Positions 39,361-51,549 of a stretch of DNA of 64,000 bases are shown piece by piece. A model generated the notes under the pieces. That model did no database searches. It saw nothing but the letters and a program-made list of their open reading frames with translations, and had not been told where the DNA came from. The DNA comes from Malacoraja senta. Lineage: Eukaryota. The stretch lies in assembly GCA_038087875.1 (NCBI GenBank), contig CM075988.1, forward strand, positions 3,906,001 to 3,970,000, in the 5' to 3' direction. Numbering within the stretch: position 1 is the stretch's first letter; each line of letters begins with the position of its first letter. A program made the translations under genes and the position numbers.

Positions 39361-39388
39361 CTGAAGAAGGGTCTCGACCCGAAACGTC
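39361..39388 (+). ncRNA. Minimal type I hammerhead ribozyme-like motif (representative copy)
   Basis: CTGAAGA-A-GGGT(CTCG)ACCC-GAAA-CGTC: catalytic core boxes, stem II, palindromic ACGT in place of stem III; stem I is weak and activity is untested. Confidence 0.55.
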
Positions 39389-39414
39389 ACCTGTTCCTTC
39401 TCTCCAGAGATGCT

Positions 39415-40040
39415 ATGTTATGTTAGCTTTCATAGCAAAAGGATTTGAGTATAGGAGCAGGGAGGTTCTACTGCAGTTGTACAGGGTCTTGGTGAGACCA
39501 CACCTGGAGTATTGCGTACAGTTTTGGTCTCCAAATCTGAGGAAGGACATTATTGCCATAGAGGGAGTGCAGAGAAGGTTCACCAGACTGATTCCTGGGA
39601 TGTCAGGACTGTCTTATGAAGAAAGAGTGGATAGACTTGGTTTATACTCTCTAGAATTTAGGAGATTGAGAGGGGATCTTATAGAAACTTACAAAATTCT
39701 TAAGGGGTTGGACAGGCTAGATGCAGGAAGATTGTTCCCGATGTTGGGGAAGTCCAGGACAAGGGGTCACAGCTTAAGGATAAGGGGGAAATCCTTTAAG
39801 ACCGAGATGAGAAAAAACGTTTTCACACAGAGAGTGGTGAATCTCTGGAACTCTCTGCCACAGAGGGTAGTCGAGGCCAGTTCATTGGCTATATTTAAGA
39901 GGGAGTTAGATGTGGCCCTTGTGGCTAAAGGGATCAGAGGGTATGGAGAGAAGGCAGGTACGGGATACTGAGTTGGATGATCAGGCTCGAAAGGCCGAAT
40001 GGCCTACTCCTGCACCTAATTTCTATGTTTCTATGTTTCT
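39415..40040 (+). mobile_element. Young-looking CR1 3' fragment with uninterrupted reading frame
   Basis: [38 protein letters not shown]...GYGEKAGTGY*; atgct duplicated at 39410-39414 and 40041-40045. Confidence 0.93.
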
Positions 40041-40374
40041 ATGCTGCCTGACCCGCTGAGTTACTCCAACTTTTTGTGTCTGTCTGCAAAATATAGTGTC
40101 ACAGTTAAAAAGACAATGCAGATAAAGAAAATGTGAGGGGCCAATAGAAGGTAGATGGGAAGATCAGGAATTCATCCTTAATATATGCACGGTCTGTATA
40201 TGAGTAAGATAATAGTGAGGAAGAAGCTGTTCTTGAATCGCATCAGAGAATGACGTGTGTAGTCTTGGATTACGTTGGTGGATTTCCTATGTTGTATGGA
40301 GTGCAGTTGGAGTAAATGAGAGGTGGGGGGAGGGGGAGCTAGTATACATGATGCACTTGGCTGTGATCACCTCT

Positions 40375-40672
40375 TAGTTTTAGTGTTTTTAGTTTTGGAG
40401 ATACATCGTGGAAACAGGCCCTTCGGCTCACCGAGTCCACACCGACCAGCGATCCACACACTCGGAACATTTTTTACATTGATACCAAGCTAATTATCGT
40501 ACAAACCTGTACGTCTTTGGGGCGTGGGAGGAAACAGAAGATCGCGGAGAAAACCCACGCAGGTCACGGGGAGAATGCAGAAACTCCGTACCGACAGCAC
40601 CCGTGGTCAGGGTCGAACCCGGGACTCTGGCACCGTGAGGCAGCAACTCTACCGCTGCACCACCATGCCACC
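40375..40672 (-). mobile_element. V-SINE (HE1-like)
   Basis: Head, central domain and tail recognisable. Confidence 0.8.
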
Positions 40673-42356
40673 CTATACTTGCAATCTTGGGCACAGCATT
40701 GCCACACTAACCCGTGATGCATCTGAATAGGATGCTTTCTCTAGTACATCTGTAGAAAGTGATGAGAATCGTTGGAGACATGCTGAATCTCCTCAGCCGT
40801 CTGACATTGTTGACAGATGTTATTGTGCTTTCTGGCCCATGTGATGTGTAATTACGCAGTTCTTCATGGGTTAATATGCAATTAGTTCTCCATATGTTAT
40901 TGTGTGACCAGTTGTTCTGTGAGTTAATGTCTGGTTGATGGGTTTGTGTTTGTGTGCGATCGGTTTTCACATGTAGGGAGTGTGATAAAGAATTTAGTAA
41001 ATGTTTTAAAAACTGGCAGTGGGTTTGGCAGTGCTCAGGAAAGTATTAGATTGCAGGAAGGCACATATGGTCTGGTCAGTTGGACAAAAAAGGTCCAAAT
41101 GGTATTTATTCCCGGCAAGTGTAAGGTAATGCATTTGGGAGAAAGTTTAGTTTAGTTTAGCTTAGAAATACAGCGTGCAAACAGGCCCTTCGGCCCACTG
41201 AGTCTGTGCTGACCAGTGATCAGCCGTACACTGGTTCTATCCCACACACGAGACAATTTACTGAAGCCAATTAACCTACAAACCTGCACGTCTTTGGAGT
41301 GTGGAAGGATACCGGAGCGCTCAGAGAAAACTCACGCGGGGAGAATGAACAAACTCCATATTGATGCAACAAGGCAAGGGAATATCCTATAAGAGGGAGG
41401 ATACTGCCTTGTGATGAAGAACACGGTGTGGGCAGCATGGTGGCGCAGCAGTAGAGTTGCTGTCATACAGCGCCAGAGACCCTGGTTCGATCCTGACTGC
41501 GGGTGCTCTCTGTACATAGATACATAGACAATAGGTGCATGTGTAGGCCATTCAGCCGTTCAAGCAAGCATCGGCATTCAATGTGATCGTAGCTGATCAT
41601 CCACAATCAGTATCCCGTTCCTGCCTTCTCCCCATACCCCTTGATTCTGCTAGCCCTAAGAGCTCTATCTACGGTAACTCCCTTTTGAATGCATCCAGTG
41701 ATTGGCCTCCCATACGACAGTCCCGCCATCCTGGGAATTAACCTCGTGAACCTACACTGCATTCCCTCAATAACAAGAATGTCCTTCCTCAAATTAGGAG
41801 TTTGTACGTTCTCCCCGTGGCCATGTTGGTTTTCTCCGGGTGCTCCAATTACCTCCCCCTCCCCAAAGATGTACAGGTGTCTAGGTTGATGGGTATTGGT
41901 AAAATTGTAAATGGTGTACAGGAAGGATCGTGCTAGTGTACGGGGATTGCTGGTCGGCACGGACTCGGAGGGACGAAGGGCCTGTTTCCACGCGGTATCT
42001 CTAAACTCAACAGAAGAATCCTGGACAGCACGTTTGCAGATCTGAAAATGTAGCCGGAGAGGTGAAACAGGTGGTTAAAACAAACATAAGGGATCCTTTG
42101 TTTAGTAGCTGAAGGACAGAAGCCATCAGCAAGTGGTTACATCAGACCTGCGTACCACACAATTCACAGACTACTTCAGAGTCTGAAGAAATGTCTCGAC
42201 CCGAAACGTCACCCATTCCTTCTTTATCCAGAGATGCTGCCTGTCCCGCTGAGTTCAGCATTTTGTCTCTATCCCACATTGACCTTTCTGTCCTGGGCCT
42301 CCTCCATAGACACAGTGAAGCCAAACACAAAATGGAGGAACAGCAGCTCATATTTG

Positions 42357-43750
42357 CTAAAAACCTGTGAGGACCAACTGGCTGGAGTTTTTACGGACAA
42401 TTTCAACCTCTCACTTCTGAGGTCTGAGGTTCCCACCTGCTTCAAAAGGGCATCAATTATACCAGTGCCCAAGAAGAGTAAGGTGACGTGCCTCAATGGC
42501 TATCGACCTGTGGCACTAACGCCTGTGCTTTGAGAGGTTGATCATGACGCAGATCAACTCCTACCTCGACAAAAACCTGCACCCACTGCAGTTCGCTTAC
42601 CGCCACAACAGATCAACGGTGGATGCGATCTCGCTGGCCCTCTACTCCGCTCTGGACCACTTGGACAATAAAAACTCATCTGTCAGGCTGTTATTCATCG
42701 ATTACAGCTCAGCATTTAATACAATCATCCCCTCCAAGCTGGTTACCAAACTCGCAGAACTGGGTCTCTGCGCATCCCTCTGTAATTGGATCCTCGACTT
42801 CCTCACTCTCAGACCACAGTCTGTTCGTATTGGTGGAAATGTGTCAGCCTCGATAACAATCAGCACGGGAGCACCTCAGGGCTGCGTGCTCAGCCCCCTG
42901 CTGTACTCACTCTATACTCATGACTGTGTAGCCCGACATAGTGCGAACTCCATCATCAAGTTCGCTGACGACACAACTGTTGTGGGACGTATCACTGATG
43001 GGGATGAGTCAGAGTATAGAAGAGAGATCGAGCAACTGTCCATATGGTGCCAGCACAACAACCTGGCCCTCAACACCAGCAAAACCAAGGAACTGATTGT
43101 GGACTTTCGAAGGAGTAGGATGGGGACCCACAGTCCTGTTTATATCAATGGGTCGATGGTTGAAAGGGTCAAGAGCTTCAAATTCCTGGGCGTGCACATC
43201 TCTGAAGATCTTTCCTGGTCCGAGAACACTGATGCCATTATTAAGAAAGCACATCAGCGCCTCTACTTCCTGAGAAGATTACGGAGAGTCGGTTTGTCAA
43301 GGAGGACTCAGAGAGAGGTGCACAGTAGAGAGCATGCTGACCGGTTGCATCGTGGCTTGGTTCGGCAACTTGAGCGCCCTGGAGAGGAAAAGACTACAAA
43401 AAGTAGTAAACACTGCCCAGTCCATCATCGGCTCTGACCTCCCTTCCATCGAGGGGATCTACCACAGTCGCTGCCTCAAAAAGGCTGGCAGTATCATCAA
43501 GGACCCACACCATGTGGCCACACACTCATCTCCCTACTACCTTCAGGTAGAAGGTACAGGAGCCTGAAGACTGCAATGACCAGGTTCAGGAATAGCTACT
43601 TCCCCACAGCCATCAGGCTATTAAACCTGGCTCGGACATAACACTGAACTTTATTGGCCAATACTGTTATTTGCACTTTATCAGTATATTGATTCATGAG
43701 TGTATATATTTATAGAATGCCTTGTAGTCAATGCCTACTATGTTCTGTTG
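42357..43750 (+). mobile_element. Rex1/Babar-type LINE, 5'-truncated, RT pseudogene
   Basis: [20 protein letters not shown]...[57 protein letters not shown]; one stop and one frameshift/deletion. Confidence 0.93.
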
Positions 43751-43919
43751 TGCGGGACAGACAGCATCTCTGGAGAGAAGGAATGGGTGACGTTTTGGGT
43801 CGAGACCCTTCTTCAGAAATGCTGCTTGACCCGCTGTCTTTAGTTTAGAGATACAGCATGGAAACAGGCCCTTTCGCCCTCGCGTCTGCGCCGACCAGCG
43901 ATCCCCGCACACTTACACT

Positions 43920-45767
43920 CAAAGGTCCTATAGCGAGCAAGATAGTCCACTTGACGAAAAATACGTAGTAGGGTCATGGGCAGGGTCATGGGTCATCTAC
44001 GGCCCCATTTCTGTAACCGGCTTCCGTCTCCGCACTCGTATCCAAAGATCCGAGTCTGGCCCGGATCAGCACGGCTGGGACACCAGGGTGAAGTTGCGGG
44101 GAGGTTTACAAGGTGTTTTTATTTAATGTTGTCCCTTGTCTAGTCCGAAATAAAGTTTATCATTAGATATAAAAACCTGGAGAAATATATATATGTGTGT
44201 TATATGATTATATACATCTATATCACATTCATATATGTGTGTGTATGTATGTTCATTCCTACACAATTTAATCAGTTGTATGGTCGCTGAATAAAACCAT
44301 CCTTAAGTTATATATCATTTGTTAATCTTGCTCAAAACACATTTTATTTTGATAAACACTTCATTTAGATAACCCCACCATTACAGACAAATCTCATTCC
44401 ACTCTCTGGCTATTGGGAAGACCAGACCCATTTTATTGTTGAAAAACAGTTACATAGACACAAACAAACATTAAGGAACATTCCAAGAGCAACTGGAATC
44501 TTGATATTGCTATTATTTTTCCAAATACTGCAGTTGTGGACAGTGTGATTAGATGAATTACAGAGTGCAAGAGTAATACAAAAATCATCTCAAACACTGC
44601 ACATGAGACATTTAAAAAGAAATGTTTTAAAAATACATTAAAAAAGAAAATGAACAGAATCATAATTTTGAATCATAATTTTGAATTATGAATTAACAGA
44701 ATGATGAATGATGAATCTAACTCTATATCTAACACTATAGGGGGCGCCGTCCTGTATGGGTATGGATGCCCAGCCTGCAGCTGTCCGTTTCTTCACCTCT
44801 TTGTTTTATTTTTAGTGAGTTAAAGTGTTTTGTGTTGGAGGTTTTAGTCTTTTTTATGTGAGGGTTGGGGGGGGGGGGGGGGGGGAAACTGCATTTCTCA
44901 GTCCCTACCTAGTCGGGGGGAGGCTTTCCTCCGAGCAGCAACTTTGACCCGTCCTCGCGGCCTACCAGAGGGCCTGGAGAGGCGTTTCCTGACGGGACCG
45001 GCCAGAACCACGGCTTTGGCGGCGGCACAGCGCTGGAGCGCTATCGCGGAGCGGAGCGGGCGATGCCTTGCCCAGGTCGCCGCGCTGGAACTCCGGTGTG
45101 CTGGGACTGCCGATAATAACATCGCGGAGCTGCGGGTCTGTGGAGCGGCCAGCCGCGGGCGGCGGCGCCGACCTTAAACATCGCGGAGCCTGGGATCTCT
45201 CGCCGAGATCACCAGTGGTGGAGCTCCGTCCAGCGCGGCCTGTTGGCTTCAGATGCCGCGGTCTCCGGTAAGGAAGCGGCCGTTCCAGGTATCCCAAGCC
45301 GCTGAGAGGGTTCTCCCGACGCCGGAGCACCATCACCCGGCGAGCAGGGCCTGGAACATCGGCCCCGTAGCGGCGACTGCGGAGGCCTCAATAGGCCCGA
45401 CTATGGGTGGACATGGGGATGGGGACTGGACTTTGTGCCTTCCCTCACAGTGGGAACCATTGTGGGGGGATGTTTTTATATTTAAATTTCTTTACTATTG
45501 TTATGTTTGTATTCTTTTTAATGTGGTGCAATGGCAACTTGAATTTCACTCCACCAATTGGTGTATGTGGCAAATAAATGAACCTTTGAACCTTTGATAT
45601 CACACACACACAAACTGTTCCCCCGCATCGCTGATTACACTGCGAGAGGGATAACCAAAGTCGGGTCGGGATTACTGAAATGGCCGACGTACCGCTCCGT
45701 TGCGTACTACACGTCAGCCCATTGGATTTAGCAGGAGTGGACTATCTTGCTCGCTATAGGATCTTTG
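43920..45767. mobile_element. Non-autonomous cut-and-paste transposon (P-element- or hAT-like) inserted in a V-SINE
   Basis: 32-bp TIR caaaggtcctatagcgagcaagatagtccact / agtggactatcttgctcgctataggatctttg (1 mismatch); perfect 8-bp TSD cttacact (43912-43919, 45768-45775). Confidence 0.88.
44738..45597 (+). mobile_element. GC-rich non-autonomous retroelement nested in the DNA transposon
   Basis: Same layout as 51550-52455: gggggcg start, T-rich block, G-run, GC-rich body, actttgtgccttcc..cacagtg, aataaa plus (gaaccttt) tail. Confidence 0.6.
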
Positions 45768-45957
45768 CTTACACTACCCTACACACACTAGGGACAATAA
45801 ACAATTTTACACAAGCTAATTAGTCAATAAACCTGTACATCTTTAGAGTGTGGGAGGAAACCAGAGATCCCAGAGAAAACCCACGCAGGTCACGGGGAGA
45901 ACGTACAAACTCTGTACAAACAGCACCCTTAGTCGGGATCGAACCCGGGTCTCTGTA

Positions 45958-46376
45958 CACTTTGGAATTCAGAAGACTGAGGGGGGATCTTATAGAAACT
46001 TACAAAATTCTTATGGGGTTGGACAGGCTAGATGCAGGGAGATGATTCCCGATGTTGGGGAAGTCCAGAACTAGGGGTCACAGTTTAAGGATAAGAGGGA
46101 AGACTTTTAGGACCGAGATGAGGAAATCATTTTTCATACAGAGAGTGGTGAATCTCTGGAACTCTCTGCCACAGAAGGTAGTTGAGGCCAGTTCATTGGC
46201 TATATTTAAGAGGGAGTTAGATGTGGCCCTTGTGGCTAAAGGGATCAGGGGGTATGGAGAGAAAGCAGGGATGGGATACTGAGTTGGATGATCAGCCATG
46301 ATCATATTAAATGGCGGTGCAGGCTCGAAGGGCCGAATGGCCTACTCCTGCACCTATTTTCTATGTTTCTATGTTA
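45958..46376 (+). mobile_element. CR1 3' fragment inserted in the head of the same V-SINE
   Basis: TLEFRRLRGDLIETYKIL...GYGEKAGMGY* plus tail; tgta at both junctions. Confidence 0.88.
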
Positions 46377-46991
46377 TGTAAGGTAGCTGCTCTCCCGCTG
46401 CACTATCGTGCTGCCCTTTCCAGCACTTTGTGTCTTTTTCTGTAAACCGGCATCTGCAGTTCTTTGTGTCTACAAAGAAATAGAGCGGTTGTTCACAATC
46501 GGTTGTGAAAAAGGCTCAACACACAGCAGACAGAGAAAATCCAATTTCAGGCTCTTTTGCATCTCCATACCTGTGGGATGATGGGTCACCCTTGTGTTGT
46601 CTGAGATATCACCCCATCAACACATATTGCAGTCTGAGCACTCAGCCTGCCCCTGAAACAAATAGGCAATTGTCTTGAAAAGCATTTAATTACCACCCAA
46701 CTAATAACCTTGATAGCTTTTCTAACTCTTCAGTGCTTCTGAAGAATGATTAAAGGATTCCATCTGTCTGGGAATCAGAACATATTTCTTTTCATAAGCA
46801 TCTTACAGGCAACAGTGATTCCTTGTAATCCCTGACTTGCTCCAGAGCTTGTGACAGCTCAAGCCCTCTCTCACAGAGAAAATCGCCTTCTCTTCCTTAC
46901 TCCTGGTGACAAGGCCAGTGACTGCAGCGACAAAACGTAAACGGCTGCGTTTAGCTGAGATTAAAGGCCTCCCGTGACCCACCTCACAATG

Positions 46992-47290
46992 GCGGCATGG
47001 TGGCGCAGCGGAAGAGTTGCTGCCTCGCAGTACCAGAGACCCGGGTTCGACCCTGACTACTGGTACTTGTCTGTACGGAGTTTGTACAGTCTTCCCGTGA
47101 TCTGCGTAGGTTTTCCCCGGGCGCTCCGGTTTCCTCCCACACTCCAAAGACGTACAGGTTTGTAGGTTAATCGGCTTGGTATAAATGTAAACATTGTCCC
47201 TAGTGTGTGTCGGCTTAATGTGCGGGGATCGCTGGTCGGCGTGGACTCAGTGCGCTGAAGGGCCTGTTTTTGCGCGGTATCTCTAAAAAA
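46992..47290 (+). mobile_element. Full-length V-SINE (HE1-like)
   Basis: ggcggcatggtggcgcagcgg A-box, gggttcgacc B-box, central domain, gggcctgttt tail. Confidence 0.88.
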
Positions 47291-47406
47291 CGTTTAAAAA
47301 GAGACAGATCGTGCATTCCAGGCACAATTTTAGTTCTGCATTCAATGCGGCTACAGATGCCCTCTGAGTGAAGGCAAACTGGGCAAACTACTCACCCATT
47401 TTTGCT

Positions 47407-47606
47407 TAGACACAAAATGCTGCAGTACCTCAGTGGGTCAGGCAGCATCTCTGGAGAAAAAGGAAATGGTGACTTTTCGGGTCGTGACCCTTCTTCTGAA
47501 ATGTCACCCAGTCCTCTATCCAGAGATGCTGCCTGACCCGCTGAGTTACTCCAACTTTTAGTGTCTATCTTCGGTTTAAACCAGCATCTTCAGTTCCTTC
47601 CTACAC
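47407..47606. mobile_element. Penelope pLTR inverted pair
   Basis: agacacaaaatgctgcagtacctc... and ...gagttactccaacttttagtgtct. Confidence 0.75.
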
Positions 47607-49217
47607 ATTTCTGCATTCTGCTTTGACACCCACAGTTCACAGATTGTCAGGAAAATCCTTTAGGAGCGTGGAGAAATGAAGGTATGAGTCGAGGCACATC
47701 ATTAGCAGCCGAGAGCTGGTTTTGAATGCAGTCCTGGCAAAATGAAAGCTCGCTTTCTCTCTAATAGAAGCCATGAGTTCAAGCCCTGACCATCTGCCAA
47801 TTGAAAGTTCTGCACATCACAAATCCCTTCAGATTTAATTGTCTCTGGCCGAAGAAAAACAAGGAAAAGGATTTCCGCGATGAAACAGCCAAGGTAGTGA
47901 GGGGAATTGCTGGAAGCATCACGTGTGGCTTGAGGTCACTCTCTCATCATTTCTTCTGAGTTCAGTCACTGAGGCCTGTAGTCGATGCTGAAACTTCAGT
48001 GTGGTACTCTGGGGATGTCAGCTTGCAGACGAGATGTCTAACTGGGGAACCTCCTGGCCATCTCAAGTGGGTAATAAAAAATATCACAGGGCTTCAGCAG
48101 GTCAGGAATGTTTCCTGAGTGACTTGACCAACTTAGTCCTGCCAAGCAAAGAGCAAACTCATCTGCACCCACATAACATAGACACAAAGCGCTGGCGTAA
48201 ATCAGCGGGTCAGGCAGCATCTCTGGAGAACATGGATAGCTGCCGTTTCAGGTTGGGACCCTTTTGTTCAGACTCACCAAAGTTAGACACAGAATGCTGG
48301 AGTAACTCAGCGGGTCACGAGACATCTCTGGGGGAATTGAATCTGTCACCTATCCATGTTCTCCAGAAATGCTGCTAGACCACTGAGTTACTCCAACATT
48401 TCGTTTCTATTTTGGGGATAAAACAGCATCTGCAGTTCTTTTTTATTGCATCCTCCTGTCACCTGTCACACTTTGTCCCGCCTTACCCCTCTTCTGGCTT
48501 TCTTTCTCCCCGCTACAGTCAGTAACCCGAAACGTCATGTATCCATGTACTCCTGAGATGCTGCCTGACCTAACTAGTATCTGCCATTCCTTGTTTCTAC
48601 AATAACAAACTGGCCTAATCCAAGAGAACTTATTTCTACCTGTCAGGGCTTGTTACGTATACATATCCTCTAGAGATGCTGCTTGACCCACTGACTTTAG
48701 TTTTGTTTAGAGATACAGCGTGGAAACAGGCCCTTCGGCCCTCGACCGCACGGACACTATCCTACACACTCCAGGAACAATTTACACTTACACCAAGCCA
48801 ATTAACTTACAAACCTGTACGCAATCAGGTGGAGCACCAAGGGAAATTCCTTGTATGTGAATACTTGGCCAATAAACGTATTCATTCATTCATTCATCCA
48901 TCTTTAGATTGTGCGAGGAAACCAGAGCTCCCTGAGAAAGCCCACACAGGTCACAGGGGGATTTTCTCCCCACCTGTTCTTTCTCCCCACTGTCATATCT
49001 CTTTCCACTTACATCCACAACACGTCTGCTGCCCTCCACCATTTTAACAGGCACCTCGCCTCTATCATCCCCCTAGTGTCATGTGTACAGATATACCATG
49101 CATAAATACAATCGTCAAACTAAGTACAATAGGTGGAGGGAAGGGGAAGATGCAGAGTGCAGAATATAGTTCTCAGCCGGATATCATCAGCTCCATAGAC
49201 AGTCCAATGTCCACAAT

Positions 49218-49352
49218 GGGGTAGAGGTGAATCAGACAGTGCCCTAGATTATGGGAGTAGAGGTGAATGGGACAGTACCCTAGTTAATGGAGGTAGAGGT
49301 GAATCAACAGTACCCTCGCTTAAAGAGCTGGAGGTGAATCGGACAGCATTCT
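49218..49352. repeat. ~36-bp minisatellite, 4 degenerate copies
   Basis: gtagaggtgaatcrgacagtaccctag-like unit repeated. Confidence 0.8.
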
Positions 49353-49413
49353 AATGTTGAGATAGCTCATCTAATTTTCACCATGAGATCCTATTCCCTT
49401 GGTTCCTCCATCC

Positions 49414-49876
49414 AGAGAAAAAGACTACAAAAAGTAGTAAACACTGCCCAGTCCATCATCGGCTCTGACCTCCCTTCCATCGAGGGGATCTATCGCAGTC
49501 GCTGCCTCAAAAAAGCTGGCAGTATCATCAAGGACCCACACCATCCTGGCCACACACTCATCTCCCCGCTACCTTCAGGTAGAAGGTACAGGAGCCTGAA
49601 GACTGCAACGACCAGGTTCAGGAATAGCTACTTCCCCAGAGCCATCAGGCTATTAAACTTGGCTCGGACAAAACTCTGAACATTAATAGCCCATTATCTG
49701 TTATTTGCACTTTATCAGTTTATTTATTCATGTGTGTATATATTTATATAATGGTATATGGACACACTGATCTGTTTTGTAGTCAATGCCTACTATGTTC
49801 TGTTGTGCTGATGCAAAGCAAGAATTTCATTGTCCTATCAGGGACACATGACAATAAACTCTCTTGAATCTTGAAT
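49414..49876 (+). mobile_element. Rex1/Babar LINE 3' end
   Basis: [46 protein letters not shown], nearly identical to 43385-43640; tail (tcttgaa). Confidence 0.9.
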
Positions 49877-51549
49877 GCTGAACCAAGGCGGCCTGAGGAC
49901 TCTTCGTTCCTTCATCAATTTGAGGCCCTTCACTGCACTGAAGTCACTCTCACACTGAACTGCTGCTCCTATAACTCTATTCATTTCCTTCAGATGGAAG
50001 GCACAGCTATGGAAACTCTTCAGAGGCCAGGCGACCTCTTGCCTTGTCGTGGGGTATGGGTGGCAGTTCTGCTCTCACTCCACTTCAGCTTGCCTCCCTC
50101 AGCTTTTTTCCAGTCCACTGATGACTGTGCTGATGCTGCTTCCCATGAAGCTTCACACCTCACGGGGCCAGGCTTCCACCCTGTCCTCCCAGTCCCCCAG
50201 TTCACAAGGTCCATCTCAAGGTACCACTATTGTCACTGTTGACAATAATTGTCACTACCGACTCTCTTGATTCTTGAACTGCCATCGTGGCACCTCCACC
50301 AGATATGATCTGGTGAAGATCTGAAGAAGGGTCTCGACCTGAGGCGTAGTCTGTCCATTTCCCTCCACAGATGCTGCCTGACCCGCTGAGTCCCTTTAGC
50401 ACTTTGCCCGTTTGCTCAAGACTCCAGCATCTGCAGTCTCTCGTGTCTCTGCTTTCACACCAAACTGGGCCCATAGTCATTTACCTCGTTGCTGTTATTG
50501 GGAGCCTGCTGCTGTTCGCAGCTGTTCTTGATAAGCGGGAAGAGTGCGCACATTTCAGAGGCACCGCACTGCATGAACAACTTCACGAAGCCATTAATGT
50601 GAAGTGCAACTAAACAAATGAAAGCTCTTTCACCATACGCAGACAGCAGTTCAGCTCCACTCCGTGAGGACTGTATCACTTAGGTCTATATTTGAGACAT
50701 TAATGGACCTGCCTATTTTCACCATTTTCTACTGTGAAATTGAAAATGTCGAATATCAGTTTCACCATCTCCCACAGAGAGGATATTTTCTGCATCGTGT
50801 TGCTTGGTAATATCTTGCTCCTTGTGCTTGGAGAGTGATTAGGAGCAAGAAAGAAACAAACATCAGCTAGGTTGTGAATGTGAAAGGGGTGTTGTTCCAC
50901 TGCCCTGTGCATGATCCTGACCATGGTCTTGCTGGTGTGGTGTGTGTCTCTAGGTCTCCATTATTGTTGCAGGGTAAACAATAGTCAGGGCTAATAACGA
51001 GTACATAGGGATGTGGGTTGTGCTAATGCGGTGACAGGAAACCACACTCAAAGCCTAACAGCAATTTCATTGATTTCGCTAGCACCCATCATTGTAACAG
51101 AAATTCTACTCTTAATGAATTTAGACTTGTGGATAATCATCTCATTCTGTTTCTCACCTAATTAAGCCTTTCTGAGTTCCATTCTTTTTATTGTTAATCA
51201 AATCTCTGTGCAAAACCTCATTTTATTGTTAGTCAAGTTTCTGTAATTAAGACCTCGATTTACTGCTAATCAAGTTTTTGAGTAATCTTGTCATCGGGGA
51301 ATATTAAAAAAATGTACAAAGTCACACTTGACGGGTTAGCTTTGGCTGACCTCCTGACGCACACCAGTTTAATAAATACTTCAAACAGTATCTCTGCGTG
51401 GCCTTTCCGTTTTGCTCCTACAATCATCCCAAAGATTTGCCTGTTAGCAAGTTACTTGGTCATTGAAAATCACTGCTCACGAGGGTGGGCGGTTGGAAAA
51501 TGGTCAAGCTGGTGGTCATGTCAGAGAGTTTCACACACACACAAACGTC

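Larger units (their letters stand above)
39088..40085 (+). mobile_element. Penelope 3' end/pLTR interrupted by CR1
   Basis: LGSVQPSGM endonuclease C-terminus, pLTR core at 39361-39388, pLTR resumes at 40041. Confidence 0.8.

Noticed and set aside
39297..39971. 224-aa ORF as a gene
   Set aside because: Penelope pLTR fused to a truncated CR1 C-terminus.
44898..45597. GC-rich overlapping ORFs or host CpG-island promoter (also 14000-14700, 36600-37100, 51600-52400)
   Set aside because: All lie inside repeats with defined ends; the ORFs reflect low stop-codon density at high GC.
46992..47060. tRNA gene
   Set aside because: A/B boxes belong to the tRNA-derived SINE head; there is no complete cloverleaf and it continues into the SINE body.
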